Of a stretch of DNA of 64,000 nucleotides, positions 9,442 to 20,200 are shown in pieces; within the stretch, counting starts at the first letter, position 1; every line of letters begins with the position of its first letter. Origin of the DNA: an uncultured Gemmatimonadales bacterium (lineage in GTDB: Bacteria > Gemmatimonadota > Gemmatimonadetes > Longimicrobiales > Longimicrobiaceae); NCBI GenBank assembly GCA_963716255.1, contig OY970303.1, positions 2,688,001 through 2,752,000 of the forward strand, in the 5' to 3' direction. A program made the position numbers and the translations under genes. The notes beneath the pieces were generated by a model. That model was given only the letters and a program-made list of their open reading frames with translations, made no database searches and was not told where the DNA came from.

Positions 9442-9644
9442 CTCCGCAACATCCGTTGGGAACGGCGGGGAACCACTCGCAAGCCTCGGCACCGTACCGC
9501 ACTGCGTACTCCGCACCGACGACCATTCTCTCGCCCCTCGCCCCACCGCCCATGCTCCCACCCGACCCGCGCTGGTGCGCCCGCATCGCCGCCCACCGGC
9601 ACCCGCCCGAGCCTGAAGCACTCACGACGCCCGTCGTCCCGGCG

Positions 9645-9779
9645 ATGCCGTCTCCCCCGTCCCCGGAAGGGCTGGACGAGAGCTGCGACGTGTGCGGCTC
9701 CGGGCGGACGGAGTGGCGCAAGTGCAAGCTGGTGTGCCTGGACTGCCGCCAGATCGTCAAGAGCTGCGCCGACCTGTGA
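9645..9779 (+). CDS. Small zinc-ribbon microprotein (44 aa)
   Basis: CDVCG...CKLVCLDC...SCADL contains six Cys including two CxxC pairs. Confidence 0.7.
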   Translation: MPSPPSPEGLDESCDVCGSGRTEWRKCKLVCLDCRQIVKSCADL

Positions 9780-9795
9780 GCGGCGGCCCGCCACC

Positions 9796-10140
9796 TCACA
9801 GGTCGGCGAGCCCCGCGATCGCGTGCTCCCGGTCCGAAAAGAAGCGGAACTGCTTCCCGGCGCTCGCTTCGCGGGCGAAGTCCTGGAACGGGCGCGAGTG
9901 GATGGAAGGGTTCGGCACCACCGCCGCCATGCGGACGCCGTAGGTGGCGAGCCGCTGGACCAGGGCGCCGGCGACGCCGGAGCTGAGGTCGAAGAACGCG
10001 GGCGGCAGCGCGCCCTCGTCGAGGAGGAGGGCGCTCGCCCCGCTCTCGATGCAGGCGACCACGACGTCCGCCGGGTCGAACGCAACCTTGGGGCGGCAGC
10101 GGAGTACCGGAAGGGCCGCGCGCGGCGCGGGATGGTCCAT
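9796..10140 (-). CDS. DUF4180-like protein
   Basis: LPPAFFDLSSGVAGALVQRLATYGVRMAAVV...SRPFQDFAREAS.GKQFRFF. Confidence 0.8.
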   Translation of the reverse strand: MDHPAPRAALPVLRCRPKVAFDPADVVVACIESGASALLLDEGALPPAFFDLSSGVAGALVQRLATYGVRMAAVVPNPSIHSRPFQDFAREASAGKQFRFFSDREHAIAGLADL

Positions 10141-10252
10141 CCCGCGGCAGGTGCGCTTCTTCCCACTCCGCCGGCCGGGCGTCCGTCGCGCCGGCCGCAC
10201 ACCGCGAATGCCAGCGAGCCCTTCCCGTCTACGCACAACCCCGCGGGCGACG

Positions 10253-11509
10253 ATGATCCGCGCCGGGCGCCCGCTCGCCCTGTGCGCGCTCGCGCTCGCA
10301 TGGGCGCTCCCCGCGGGCGCGCAGGAGCACCGGCACGGCGGGCCCGCGGCGGCGGTACGCTGGAGCGTGGGCGCGCAGGCCATCCCCCTGGTCACGCGCG
10401 CGGACCCGGCGCTGGACGGCGAGCCGCGCACCGAGGCGTACCTGACCCAGCCGGGCGTCATGGGCCACCTGTCGCTCTGGGGCGGGCGGGCGGAGGTCAC
10501 GGCGACGCTGAGCCTGGAGGGGGCGACGCTGCGGCGCGGCGAGCTGAACGCCGGGATCTGGGGCGAGGGGTACGTGGACCGCCGCCACCCCCACACCTAC
10601 CTGCACGAAGCCATGGCCGTGGTGCGCCCGCTGGGGGCGGGGCGCGCGCTGGACGTTTCGCTCGCCGCCGGCAAGGGCTTCGCGCCCTTCGGCACCGACG
10701 ATCCCATGAGCCGGCCGTTCGTGAAGTTCCCGGCCAACCACCACCTGTCCCAGGTGCTGGAGCGCGCGGTCGCCGTTGCCGCGGTGCGCGGGGGGCCGCT
10801 GCTGCTGGAGGGCGCCCTCTTCAACGGCGACGAGCCGCAGGGACCGGGCGACCTCCCCGAGTGGGACCGCTTCGGCGACTCGTGGTCGGTGCGGGGCACG
10901 CTGCTCCCGGCGGCCGGGGTGGAAGCGTCGGCCAGCCACGCGCGGCTGGAGTCGCCCGGGCACCCGCGGGGAGGCGTGCTGGACCAGCGCAAGTGGAGCG
11001 CGGCGCTGCGCTGGGAGCGCGGCGGCGCCGCGGAGGCGCGCGACTACGCCCTGGTGGAGTGGGCCCGCACCGACGAGTACGACGGCCCCCGCCGGGTCTT
11101 CCGCTTCCCCACCGTGCTCGCGGAGGGCGCCGTGCGGCGGCGCGGAGTGGAGGCGGCGGCGCGCCTGGAGCGCACCCACCGCCCCGAGGGCGAGCGCCTG
11201 CTGGATCCCTTCCGCGCCCCCGTCCCGCACCACGACCTGGCCATCCTGGGGATCACCCGCTGGACCACGCTGACGCTGGGCGCGAGCGCCGGCGCCGCCC
11301 CGCTGGCCGGGGTGAGGCTGCGCCCGTTCGCCGAGGCCCAGATGCTGCACGCCACGGAAAAGGAGTCCACCTCGCTCTTCCAGCCGCGCGCGTTCTACGG
11401 CTCCGAGCGGATGTGGAGCCTTTCCGCGGGCGTGCGGGTAGAAGCCGGCTCCCTGCACGCGCGGATGGGCCGCTACGGCGCCGCGCTGCCGGGGGCGCAC
11501 CGCCACTGA
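10253..11509 (+). CDS. Secreted or outer-membrane hypothetical protein
   Basis: Signal peptide ending AGAQ, DRRHPHTYLHEAM, GFAPFGTDDPMSRP, and many beta-strand-like segments. Confidence 0.75.
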   Translation: MIRAGRPLALCALALAWALPAGAQEHRHGGPAAAVRWSVGAQAIPLVTRADPALDGEPRTEAYLTQPGVMGHLSLWGGRAEVTATLSLEGATLRRGELNAGIWGEGYVDRRHPHTYLHEAMAVVRPLGAGRALDVSLAAGKGFAPFGTDDPMSRPFVKFPANHHLSQVLERAVAVAAVRGGPLLLEGALFNGDEPQGPGDLPEWDRFGDSWSVRGTLLPAAGVEASASHARLESPGHPRGGVLDQRKWSAALRWERGGAAEARDYALVEWARTDEYDGPRRVFRFPTVLAEGAVRRRGVEAAARLERTHRPEGERLLDPFRAPVPHHDLAILGITRWTTLTLGASAGAAPLAGVRLRPFAEAQMLHATEKESTSLFQPRAFYGSERMWSLSAGVRVEAGSLHARMGRYGAALPGAHRH

Positions 11510-11555
11510 GCCGTCCGCCAGCGCGCGCCGACACCATCTTTCCAGAGGCCGGCCC

Positions 11556-12821
11556 ATGAGCCGCTCGCTCCGCACCCTCTCGGCGTCCCTCCTCGTCGCG
11601 CTCGCCGCCTGCGAGAGCGGCGGGTCCGGCGGCATCGTCGATCCCGGCGGCGAGGACTGCCCGCTGAATCCCTCCCAGGTCAACCTCGCCGGGAACCTGC
11701 GGGCCGTGGGAGAAGGGTGCGTCGAGGACCGCTACACCTCGGAGCTGTGGGTGCGGGGCGGCTGGGCGTACACCGGCACCTGGAGCCGGCGGGGAGCCAC
11801 CGGCCTGGGCGACGCGCTCAAGATCTGGGACGTGACCGGGAACTCCCCCGTCCTGCGGGATTCCGTCATCGTCGCCGACGCGGGGACGCTGGGCGACGTG
11901 CAGGTTTCCGACGACGGCAGGCTCCTGGTGGTCGCCACCGAGGGCGGACGCGGCTCCATCGTCGTCTACGACCTGGCGAACCCGCGAAAGCCGCAGGAGA
12001 TCGCCCGCCACTCCTCGGCCAACACCCAGAGCGGCGTCCACACGGCCGAGGTGGCGCGTGTCGGCGGAAAGCTGTACGCCTTCCTTTCCATCACCAGCCG
12101 CGGCTCGGTGGTGACGGTGGACCTTTCCGACCCGCGCAGCCCGCGCGAGGTGTGGACCCAGCAGACGGGGAGCCCCTTCACCCACGACGTGTTCGTCCGC
12201 GACGGCATCCTCTTCACCGCCGGGTGGAACGCCGGGACCACGGTGTGGGACATCGGCGGGGGCGGCCGCGGGGGGACGCCGGCGAGCCCGGTGCGCCTGG
12301 CCGAGATCCGCACCGCCAACGGCAAGGTGCACAACCTGTGGTGGTACCACGACCCGAGCGGGGCCAGGCGCTACCTGTTCGTGGGCGAGGAGGGGCCGCA
12401 GCAGATCGGCGTCGTCTCGTCCGGCGACATCCACGTGGTGGACGTGGGGAGCGCGAACTGGGCCGGCGCCCGCGAGGTCGCCTTCTACACCGTCCCGGGC
12501 GCGGGCACGCACAACTTCTGGGTGGACGAGGCCAGCGGTATCCTGTACGCCGCCTACTACACCGGCGGGGTGCGGGCGCTGGACGTTCGCGGCGACCTGG
12601 GCGCCTGCACCGAGGCGCAGAAGACCGACCTGCGCGACGACGTGTACGGCGGCACGGCGCGGCTCTGCGACCTGGGGAAGATGGGGCGCGAGGCGGGGCG
12701 GGCGCTGGCGGGCGGCGGGGCGGTGTCGGTATGGGGCGTGCAGATGGTGGGCAGCACGCTGTACGCGTCCGACATGCTGAACGGCCTGTGGAAGATCGAC
12801 GTTTCGCCGCTGAAGAGATAG
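11556..12821 (+). CDS. Lipoprotein, LVIVD-repeat / beta-propeller-like
   Basis: Lipobox LAAC, with repeated IVVYDLANP, VTVDLSDP, IHVVDV and VRALDV strands. Confidence 0.8.
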   Translation: MSRSLRTLSASLLVALAACESGGSGGIVDPGGEDCPLNPSQVNLAGNLRAVGEGCVEDRYTSELWVRGGWAYTGTWSRRGATGLGDALKIWDVTGNSPVLRDSVIVADAGTLGDVQVSDDGRLLVVATEGGRGSIVVYDLANPRKPQEIARHSSANTQSGVHTAEVARVGGKLYAFLSITSRGSVVTVDLSDPRSPREVWTQQTGSPFTHDVFVRDGILFTAGWNAGTTVWDIGGGGRGGTPASPVRLAEIRTANGKVHNLWWYHDPSGARRYLFVGEEGPQQIGVVSSGDIHVVDVGSANWAGAREVAFYTVPGAGTHNFWVDEASGILYAAYYTGGVRALDVRGDLGACTEAQKTDLRDDVYGGTARLCDLGKMGREAGRALAGGGAVSVWGVQMVGSTLYASDMLNGLWKIDVSPLKR

Positions 12822-12841
12822 GCCTGGGAGACGGGGGACGG

Positions 12842-13780
12842 GTGGAAGCAACGACGAGGGACGGCGCGGCGATCCGCTGCCGGGGGCTCCACAAGCGCTT
12901 CGGCGACACCGTCGCGGTGCGGTCGCTGGACCTGGAGGTGCTCCGCGGGGAATGCTTCGGCCTGCTGGGGCCCAACGGGGCCGGCAAGACCACCACCATC
13001 GAGATCCTGGAGGGGCTCACCGAGCCCGACGGCGGAGAGGTGGAGATCCTGGGGATGACCTGGCGCGCCCACGGCGACCGGCTGCGGGCGCGCCTCGGCG
13101 TGCAGCTCCAGGAGACCGACCTCCCCGACCGCCTGAGCGTGGAGGAAACGCTGCGCCTCTTCCGCTCCTTCTACCCGGAGGGGCGCGGCGTGGAGGAGCT
13201 GATCGACGTGGTGCAGCTGGGGGAGAAGCGGCGCACCCACGTGCGCGACCTGTCCGGCGGGCAGCGGCAGCGGCTCAGCGTGGCGTGCGCCCTGGCCGGG
13301 GCGCCGGACGTGCTCTTCCTGGACGAGCCCACCACCGGACTGGACCCGCAGTCGCGGCGCCAGCTGTGGGACGTGGTGGAGGCGTTCCGGGCCGGCGGCG
13401 GCACGGTGCTGCTGACCACCCACTTCATGGACGAGGCGGAAAAGCTCGCGGACCGCATCGCCATCCTGGACCACGGCGAGATCCTGGTGCAGGGGACGCC
13501 CCGCGAGCTGATCCGCTCGCTGGGGGCGGAGCACGTGGTGGAGTTCGCGAGCACCGTCCCCCTCCCCGAGCCCGACCTCCTGGCCCTCCCCGGCGTCACC
13601 GAGGTGCGCACCCGCGGCGACTCTACCCTCCTCACCGTCGCCGAGCCGCACCGCGCGCTCCCCGCCCTGCTGGGCGCGATCGAGTCGCGCGGCGGCGACC
13701 TGCGGGCGCTCACCACCCACCAGGCCACCCTGGAGGACGTGTTCCTGGCGAGGACCGGACGGGGGCTCCGCGATGAGTGA
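12842..13780 (+). CDS. ABC-2 type transporter ATP-binding protein
   Basis: Walker A GPNGAGKTT, signature LSGGQRQR, Walker B LFLDEPTTGLD and TTHFM. Confidence 0.93.
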   Translation: MEATTRDGAAIRCRGLHKRFGDTVAVRSLDLEVLRGECFGLLGPNGAGKTTTIEILEGLTEPDGGEVEILGMTWRAHGDRLRARLGVQLQETDLPDRLSVEETLRLFRSFYPEGRGVEELIDVVQLGEKRRTHVRDLSGGQRQRLSVACALAGAPDVLFLDEPTTGLDPQSRRQLWDVVEAFRAGGGTVLLTTHFMDEAEKLADRIAILDHGEILVQGTPRELIRSLGAEHVVEFASTVPLPEPDLLALPGVTEVRTRGDSTLLTVAEPHRALPALLGAIESRGGDLRALTTHQATLEDVFLARTGRGLRDE

Positions 13781-14825
13781 CCGGCTCCGGCAGAGCGAGC
13801 TGCGCCCGCTGCGCGAGCTGACGCTGCTGCGCATCCGCCAGTTCCTGCGCGAGCCGGAGGCGCTGTTCTGGACCTTCTGCTTCCCCATCATCATGGCGGT
13901 GGGGCTGGGGCTGGCCTTCGGCAGCCCGCCGGAGGAGCGCTCGCCGGTGGCGGTGGTGCGCGGCAGCGCCGCCGAGCGCCAGCTCCCCGCCCTGCGCCGC
14001 GACCCGGAGCTGGAGGTGCGGGTGCTGGACGCCGCCGCGGCGGACGAGGCGCTGCGCAAGGGCGACGCGGCCGTGGTCCTGGACGGGCGCGACACCCTGG
14101 TCTTCCGCTACGACCCGGGGCGCGCGGAGAGCCGCACCGCCCGCCTCCTCGCCGACCGCGCGGTGCAGGCGGGGGCGGGCGCCCGCGCACCGGTGGCGAC
14201 CGTGGAGCGCGCGGAGCGGCAGCGCGGCTCGCGCTACATCGACTGGGTGATCCCCGGGATCATCGGCCTCAACCTGATGAGCACGGGAATGTGGGGGCTG
14301 GGCTTCGGCGTGGTGCAGATGCGCCAGAAGAAGCAGCTCAAGCGCCTGGTCGCCACCCCCATGCGAAAGCGCGACTACCTGCTGGCGCAGATCCTCGCGC
14401 GGCTCGCGTTCCTGGTTCTGGAGGTGCCGCCCATCGTGCTCTTCGCCCGCTGGGTGTTCGACGTGCGGGTGGCGGGGTCGCTGCTGGCGCTGGCGGCCGT
14501 GGTGGTGCTGGGGACCATGACCTTCGCCGGGCTGGGGCTGCTGGCCGCCTCGCGCGCCCGCACCATCGAGGGGGTGAGCGGCCTGCTCAACCTGGCCATG
14601 CTCCCCATGTTCGTGCTTTCCGGGGTGTTCTTTCCCTCGTCGCGCTACCCGGACGCCATGCAGCCCTTCGTGCAGGCGCTCCCCCTCACCGCGCTCAACG
14701 GCGCCCTGCGCGCCGTGTACAACGACGGCCTCCCCCTCTGGGCAGCCGGCCCGGAGCTCCTGATCATGGCGGCGTGGACGGTGGGCTCGTTCCTGCTGGC
14801 GCTGCGCATCTTCCGCTGGCAGTAG
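13773..14825 (+). CDS. ABC-2 type transporter permease
   Basis: Multiple TM helices, LKRLVATPM and LSGVFFP. Overlaps the ATPase stop codon. Confidence 0.92.
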   Translation: MSDRLRQSELRPLRELTLLRIRQFLREPEALFWTFCFPIIMAVGLGLAFGSPPEERSPVAVVRGSAAERQLPALRRDPELEVRVLDAAAADEALRKGDAAVVLDGRDTLVFRYDPGRAESRTARLLADRAVQAGAGARAPVATVERAERQRGSRYIDWVIPGIIGLNLMSTGMWGLGFGVVQMRQKKQLKRLVATPMRKRDYLLAQILARLAFLVLEVPPIVLFARWVFDVRVAGSLLALAAVVVLGTMTFAGLGLLAASRARTIEGVSGLLNLAMLPMFVLSGVFFPSSRYPDAMQPFVQALPLTALNGALRAVYNDGLPLWAAGPELLIMAAWTVGSFLLALRIFRWQ

Positions 14826-14919
14826 GATCCGCCGGAAACATCACGGGAGCGCCCCGCGTACGGGGGTCCGGCGGTGCCGGACTCCGGGCGCGCGCGTGAG
14901 CGGTGCAAGGACTCCATGG

Positions 14920-14949
14920 TTGACCGCCCCGTATGGGCACTCCTATTCT
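14920..14949 (+). promoter_or_regulatory. Putative sigma70 promoter for the ECF/CHAT locus
   Basis: TTGACC-N18-TATTCT, about 150 bp upstream of the sigma gene. Confidence 0.4.
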
Positions 14950-15100
14950 ACCGCACGGATCATTTACCAGACTATTCCGGCACTCCGGAACCGGCCCCGC
15001 ACGGCCGCCGGACCTCCAGCCCCGCCAGGACCATACGGACAGGTCCGTAGCTTTTCCCACGTATCAGGCACTTCACCCGCGGGGTATGGGCTCACCTACG

Positions 15101-15871
15101 ATGCGAATGGACGCGAAGGGCCTTTTCCTCGACCAGCTCGGGCTGATCGAGCGGATCATCGCGTCCATCGCCCGGCGCCACGCGCTGGTCGGGGACGACG
15201 CGGACGACTTCGCCTCCTGGACCAAGGCGAAGCTGATCGAGAACGAATACGCGATCCTCCGCAAGTTCCAGGAGCGCAGCTCCATCTCCACCTACCTCAC
15301 GGTGGTGATCGCCAACCTGTTCCGCGACTACCGCACCCGGCAGTGGGGCCGCTGGCGTCCGTCGGTGGCGGCGAAGCGGCTCGGGGCGCTGGCGGTCCGG
15401 CTGGAGACGCTGCTGTACCGCGACAGCTACACGCTGGACCAGGCGATCGAGGTGCTCCGCTCCTCCGGCGGTCCGGCCACGAGCGAAAGGGAAATCTCGG
15501 AGCTGGCGGTGCAGATCCCGGCGAGGGTGCGCACCACGGAGGTGGGCGAGGCTTCGCTGGCGTCCACGGAAGCGGGGGAGGCCGCCGACGGCGAGCTGTG
15601 GGAATCGGAGCGGATGCGGGAGTGGGAGCGCGCGCGCGGGACGCTGGAGCAGGCCCTGGCGGACCTCCCGCCCGAGGACCAGCTCATCGTGCGCCTCCGC
15701 TACTGGGAGGGCTTCACCGTGGCGGAGATCGCGCGGGCGCTGAAGCTGGAGCAGAAGCCGCTCTACCGGAGGATCGACGGCGACCTGCACCGTCTCCGGG
15801 AACAGCTGGAGGCGAGGGGCCTGGACGGTGCATGCGTGGCCGGCTTTCTCTCGAACGACTGGGCGACGTGA
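15101..15871 (+). CDS. ECF-type RNA polymerase sigma factor
   Basis: Region 2 (DADDF...KFQERSSISTYLTVVIANLFRDY) and region 4 (ALADLPPEDQLIVRLRYWEGFTVAEIARAL). In-frame ATGs at 15086, 15101 and 15107. Confidence 0.88.
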   Translation: MRMDAKGLFLDQLGLIERIIASIARRHALVGDDADDFASWTKAKLIENEYAILRKFQERSSISTYLTVVIANLFRDYRTRQWGRWRPSVAAKRLGALAVRLETLLYRDSYTLDQAIEVLRSSGGPATSEREISELAVQIPARVRTTEVGEASLASTEAGEAADGELWESERMREWERARGTLEQALADLPPEDQLIVRLRYWEGFTVAEIARALKLEQKPLYRRIDGDLHRLREQLEARGLDGACVAGFLSNDWAT

Positions 15872-15962
15872 CGGGCCGCCGGTTCCCCGTGGACGGAATC
15901 GCCGCGGCGTGTCCGTCCAATCCAACAGGGGCTACGTATGCCCTTCCCTGGAGGACGGATCA

Positions 15963-16973
15963 ATGAGACGCGAACCGCTGGACCCGGAAGTGCCCGTGGA
16001 TCCTGAAGTTCTCGCCGCACTGCTGGACGGGACGCTCCCGCCGCACGAGCGCGACGAGGTCCTGGAGCGCCTGTCGCGCTCGCCCGGGGACTACGAGGCG
16101 TTCGTGGAGGCGGCGAGCGTGCTGCGGGACCTGGAGGACGGGAGTGGGGCGGCACCCGTGCCGCCGGCCCCGCCGACCCTTCCCCCTCCGGCATCCCCGC
16201 CGGTGCCGGAGATCCGCCCCGTCCGGCGCCGGCTCCCCGGCCCGAAGCTGTGGCTTCCCCTGGCGGCGGTCCTGGCGGGATTGCTCGTTGTCCCGCAGGT
16301 CCTGCGGAACACCGGTGGGGAGGCGCAGGCGGCGCTGGCGCTCCTCGACGATGCGCCGGTGGTCCCGGCGTCCGGTGACGGAAGCCTGACGAGGGCGCTG
16401 GGGCAGGACTGGGACCAGCCCGGATGGCCGGTGAAGCGCGGGGGCGGCGAATCGCTCCTGAAACAACGGTGGGAGTTCCGCATCGGGGTGCGCCTGGCCG
16501 AACTGGACGCCGCCGTCGACGCCCGCGACGCGCCGGCCATGTACGGAGCGGCGACCGAGTTGTCCCGGATGATGGAGCGGCTCGGCCCGGATGCGGGGTC
16601 GGTGGCGATGGATTATCCGGGGCTCGGAACCCTCGCGGCCGATCCGCAGTCCGGCCGCGACTGGGAAGCCGGCGCGCGTGCGGTGAAGGAGCTGGGGGAG
16701 GGCTTCCGGGACTCTCCGTGGCTCGGGTTGGGGATCTGGGTGGAGCAGGCGCGGCTCGCATCCCTCGCGCGCCGGGTGGAGTTCTTCGAGAGCCAGAAAG
16801 CACGAAAGGTCCTCGCGGGCCTCGCGGACTCGATCGAACAGGAGGACGCGAGAACTTCGGTCGCCCGGCACCTCCGCGATCTCGACAGCCGGATCGGCGA
16901 CGGGGTGTCGCCGGGCGAGATGGATGCGATCCGGACGAGACTGGCCGCCATCATCCGGGAGAGCGGCGGCTGA
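15963..16973 (+). CDS. Putative single-pass anti-sigma factor (degenerate zf-HC2-like N-terminus)
   Basis: PEVLAALLDGTLPPHERDEVLERL resembles an anti-sigma domain without the HxxxCxxC motif. A Pro-rich linker precedes the TM segment LWLPLAAVLAGLLVVPQVL. Confidence 0.7.
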   Translation: MRREPLDPEVPVDPEVLAALLDGTLPPHERDEVLERLSRSPGDYEAFVEAASVLRDLEDGSGAAPVPPAPPTLPPPASPPVPEIRPVRRRLPGPKLWLPLAAVLAGLLVVPQVLRNTGGEAQAALALLDDAPVVPASGDGSLTRALGQDWDQPGWPVKRGGGESLLKQRWEFRIGVRLAELDAAVDARDAPAMYGAATELSRMMERLGPDAGSVAMDYPGLGTLAADPQSGRDWEAGARAVKELGEGFRDSPWLGLGIWVEQARLASLARRVEFFESQKARKVLAGLADSIEQEDARTSVARHLRDLDSRIGDGVSPGEMDAIRTRLAAIIRESGG

Positions 16974-17223
16974 CCCTCTGTCGCCCGGGCCCGGCGGCGG
17001 GCTTCGCACCGGCCGGCGGGCCCCTCCACGCACGCACCGGGCAGCACCCGTAGCCCTTTTCTCGTGGAGGCGTCCTCACGCGCCCGCGCCGCCCGCATCC
17101 ACCGGAGGCGAGGCGGCTTTTCCGCTGCCGGCAGCCGGCCCCAACTGCGACGAACCCCACCCACCACCGGCGCCCCCGCTCACCGCGGCGCCCGCCATCC
17201 CCACCCGGTACACCCTCCCCGCC

Positions 17224-20200
17224 ATGCACCCCCTCACTGGACGGCCGGTCCGGCTCGGCCTGCTCGCGGCCGCCGGACTGCTCCTGGCGTACGCCTGCCT
17301 GCGCGAGCCGTGGGCCAGCAGGCGCCTGACCAGCATGCTGCTGCACGAGCGCTTCACGGCCGGCCGGCTGGCCGGACAGGAGGCGTGGGAGCCCTGCGTC
17401 CTCACGGACGCCGACCCGCTGGTCCCTCGCACTCGCTGCGGTCGTCCGCCGCAAGCCGACACCACCCAGGCCAGGCGGGTCCGCGACGCCCTGCGGGCCG
17501 CGCGCGAGGAGATCCAGGGGGGCTCCTCCGCGACGACTCTCCGCGCCGGGGCCCTTCTCGGCCTCCGGTCCGCCAACGCGTCTCCTGCCCACCTCGACAG
17601 CGCCGTCGCGAGGCTGGAGCAGGCGCGCCGCAGGAAGCCGAGGAGCCCGGTCATTCTCAACGACCTCGCCGTGGCGTACCTGGAGCTGGGCGAGCGCGAC
17701 CAGCAGCTCATGCCCATGCTCCGGGCGCTGGACGCGATCGAGCGCGCCTTCGCGCGGGAATCGACGCGGCCTTCGATCCTGTACAACCGCGCGCTCATCC
17801 TCCAGCGGCTCTACATGCTGGCGAGCGCGGACCTCGCCTGGAAGCGGTACCTGGCGGTGGAGCGGGATCCGACGTGGCGGGCGGAGGCCGAGGCACACGC
17901 GCGTCGCCTGGAGGCGGCGGTCGACACCGTGTCGTGGAAGTCCCTGCTGCGCTCGCCGCCCGCGCACATGAATGCGGGGGCCCGGGCCGATATCGCCGCC
18001 CGGGTGCGGCGTTCCCCCCAGGCGGCGCGCGAGTTCGGCTTTCCGCTCCTCGGCGAATGGGGGACGGCCCTGGAGCGCGGTGAGCTGGCCCGCGCGGCCC
18101 GCCTCCTGGCCCTCGCGCGGGAGATCGGCGCGGCGGCCCGGGCCCTCGGACTGGACCAGAGCGTCTCGCTGGCCGTGAGCGCGATCGATGCGGCGGCCGG
18201 AGACTCCCTCCGCCTGCGGGAGCTGTCGAGGGGGCACGTGGAGCTGGAGCGGGGCTATGGGCTCTACAACCAGGCGTTGGAAGCCCGGGCGGCCCCTTTT
18301 TTCGAGCGGGCAGAACGGGCGTTGCGCGCGGCGGGCTCACCGGCGGCCCGCTGGGCGGCGTTCTACGGTGCGGCGGCGGCGCTGAACAACGTGAAGTACG
18401 CGAACGGCGACCGCCGCCTCCGCGACCTGCTCGCCGAATCCGAACTCGAAGAGCCCGCCCTGGTCGGCAAGACCCTCTGGGCGCTGGGCCTGAGCCAGCT
18501 GCGCCGCGGCAGCTACGAAAGCGCCGGCCGCCTGTATCGCCAGGCGACACCGTACATCGTCAGGGCACGGGAAGCGGAGAACGAGGGTGCGGTGGCGGTG
18601 CTGCTCGCGGAAGACTTGACCCTGGCCGGACGGCCGACGGACGGCCAGGCCGAGGCCTTCCGCGCGCTGCGAATGCTCTCGCCCTTCCGGCGATCGACCT
18701 ACCTCAACAGCCAGCTGACCATCGTCGCGTCGTACGCGCGAAGCGAAGGGCTGGGCTACGCCGCGCTGGCGGTGGCGGACGAGATGGTGGGGGTGGCCAT
18801 GGGGATCGAAAGGCCGAAGACCAAGGCTCTCGCCCTCTGCGCGCGAATGCGCCACCTGATCGCGCTGCGCCGGCTCGCCCATGCACAGGCCGACCTGGAA
18901 CAAGCGACGTCGTGGGCGGAGAAGATCGAGCCCGGACCGGGCGGGGACCGCGTCCGGGCGCAGGTGCAGCTCGCGCTGGGACAGGTCACGCGCATCCGCG
19001 ATCCACGAGCCGCGATCCCGTTGCTGGCGAAAGCCGTCGCGACGTACAGCAGCTTCGGCGAGGAGCTGTACCTTCCCACGGCCCTGTACGAAGCGGCGCT
19101 CGCCGCGCGAGCCGTTGGAAAACGGGCCCAGGCTCGCAGCTGGCTGCTACGAGCCATCGAGCACGTGGAGCGGCAGCGGGCGTCGTTCAAGGGAACCGAG
19201 GACCGTGCCGCCTTCTACGAGACGGTGGAGAACGTGTTCGACGAAATGATCGGGATCGAGATGGAAGAAGGGCGGCCGGAAGCCGGCTTCCGGATGCTCG
19301 AGCGGGGACGGATCCACGCCTGGTCGGCAGAGGGGCGGCAGGCCTCCTCCACGGATGCGGGGGCGATCCCGGCAAGTCTGGCCGGGATCGGGGCGTCGCT
19401 GCCCGAGGACATGCTCTTCGTCGAATACGCGCTCCTGCCGGAATCCATCGTCATCTGGACGGCGTCGCGCCGCGGAACGAAGCACCACACGGTCCGGGTA
19501 CCGCGCGAATCGGTGGCGGCGCTGGTGGAGGAGTTCAGGCGCGGCGCGTCCGTGAGCAGTCCGGCCTCCGCGGCGGCGCGTGCCCGGCTCTTCGACCTGC
19601 TCGTTCGCCCGCTCGGGCGCGAGCTGGGCGGGATCCGCCAGCTCACCATCGTGCCGGACCGGGAGCTGTACCGGCTGCCCTTCGCCGCGCTGTGGGACCG
19701 GAGAGCCGGCCGATACGTCGTCGAGCGGTACCGGGTTCGAACCGTGCCGAGCGCCGCTTTCTACGTCACGGCGGCGGCGAAGGAGACGCGCGGCCCGGCG
19801 GGCGCCGGGAGCGCGCTCGTCGTCGGCAACCCCAACCTCGATCCTGCACTGGCGAGCACGCTGCCTCGCCTGCCGGGCGCCGCGCGGGAGGCGCGGGTCG
19901 TCGCCGGGCTCTACCCGGGGAGCGTGCGGCTGAGCGGCCCCGCCGCACGGCGCGACAGCGTGGTCAAGCTGATGCCGGCGCATTCAATCTTCCACTTTTC
20001 CGGCCACGCCGTCTTCAACGCCGACAAGCCCGAGCTTTCCTACCTTGCGCTCGCCCCGGACCGCTCCGGGACGGGGGGAATTCTGAGCGCGCGGGAAATC
20101 GGCGGGCTGAGTCTATCCAATGTGAAGGTGGTGGTGCTGTCGGCGTGCAGCTCGCTCAGTCCGCGGGCGAGCCGCACCGGCGCCATCGCCGGGCTGGCGT

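Noticed and set aside
15895..15925. ECF-type promoter GGAATC...CGTCCAA before the anti-sigma gene
   Set aside because: The spacing is shorter than typical ECF -35/-10 spacing, so it cannot be supported from one instance.
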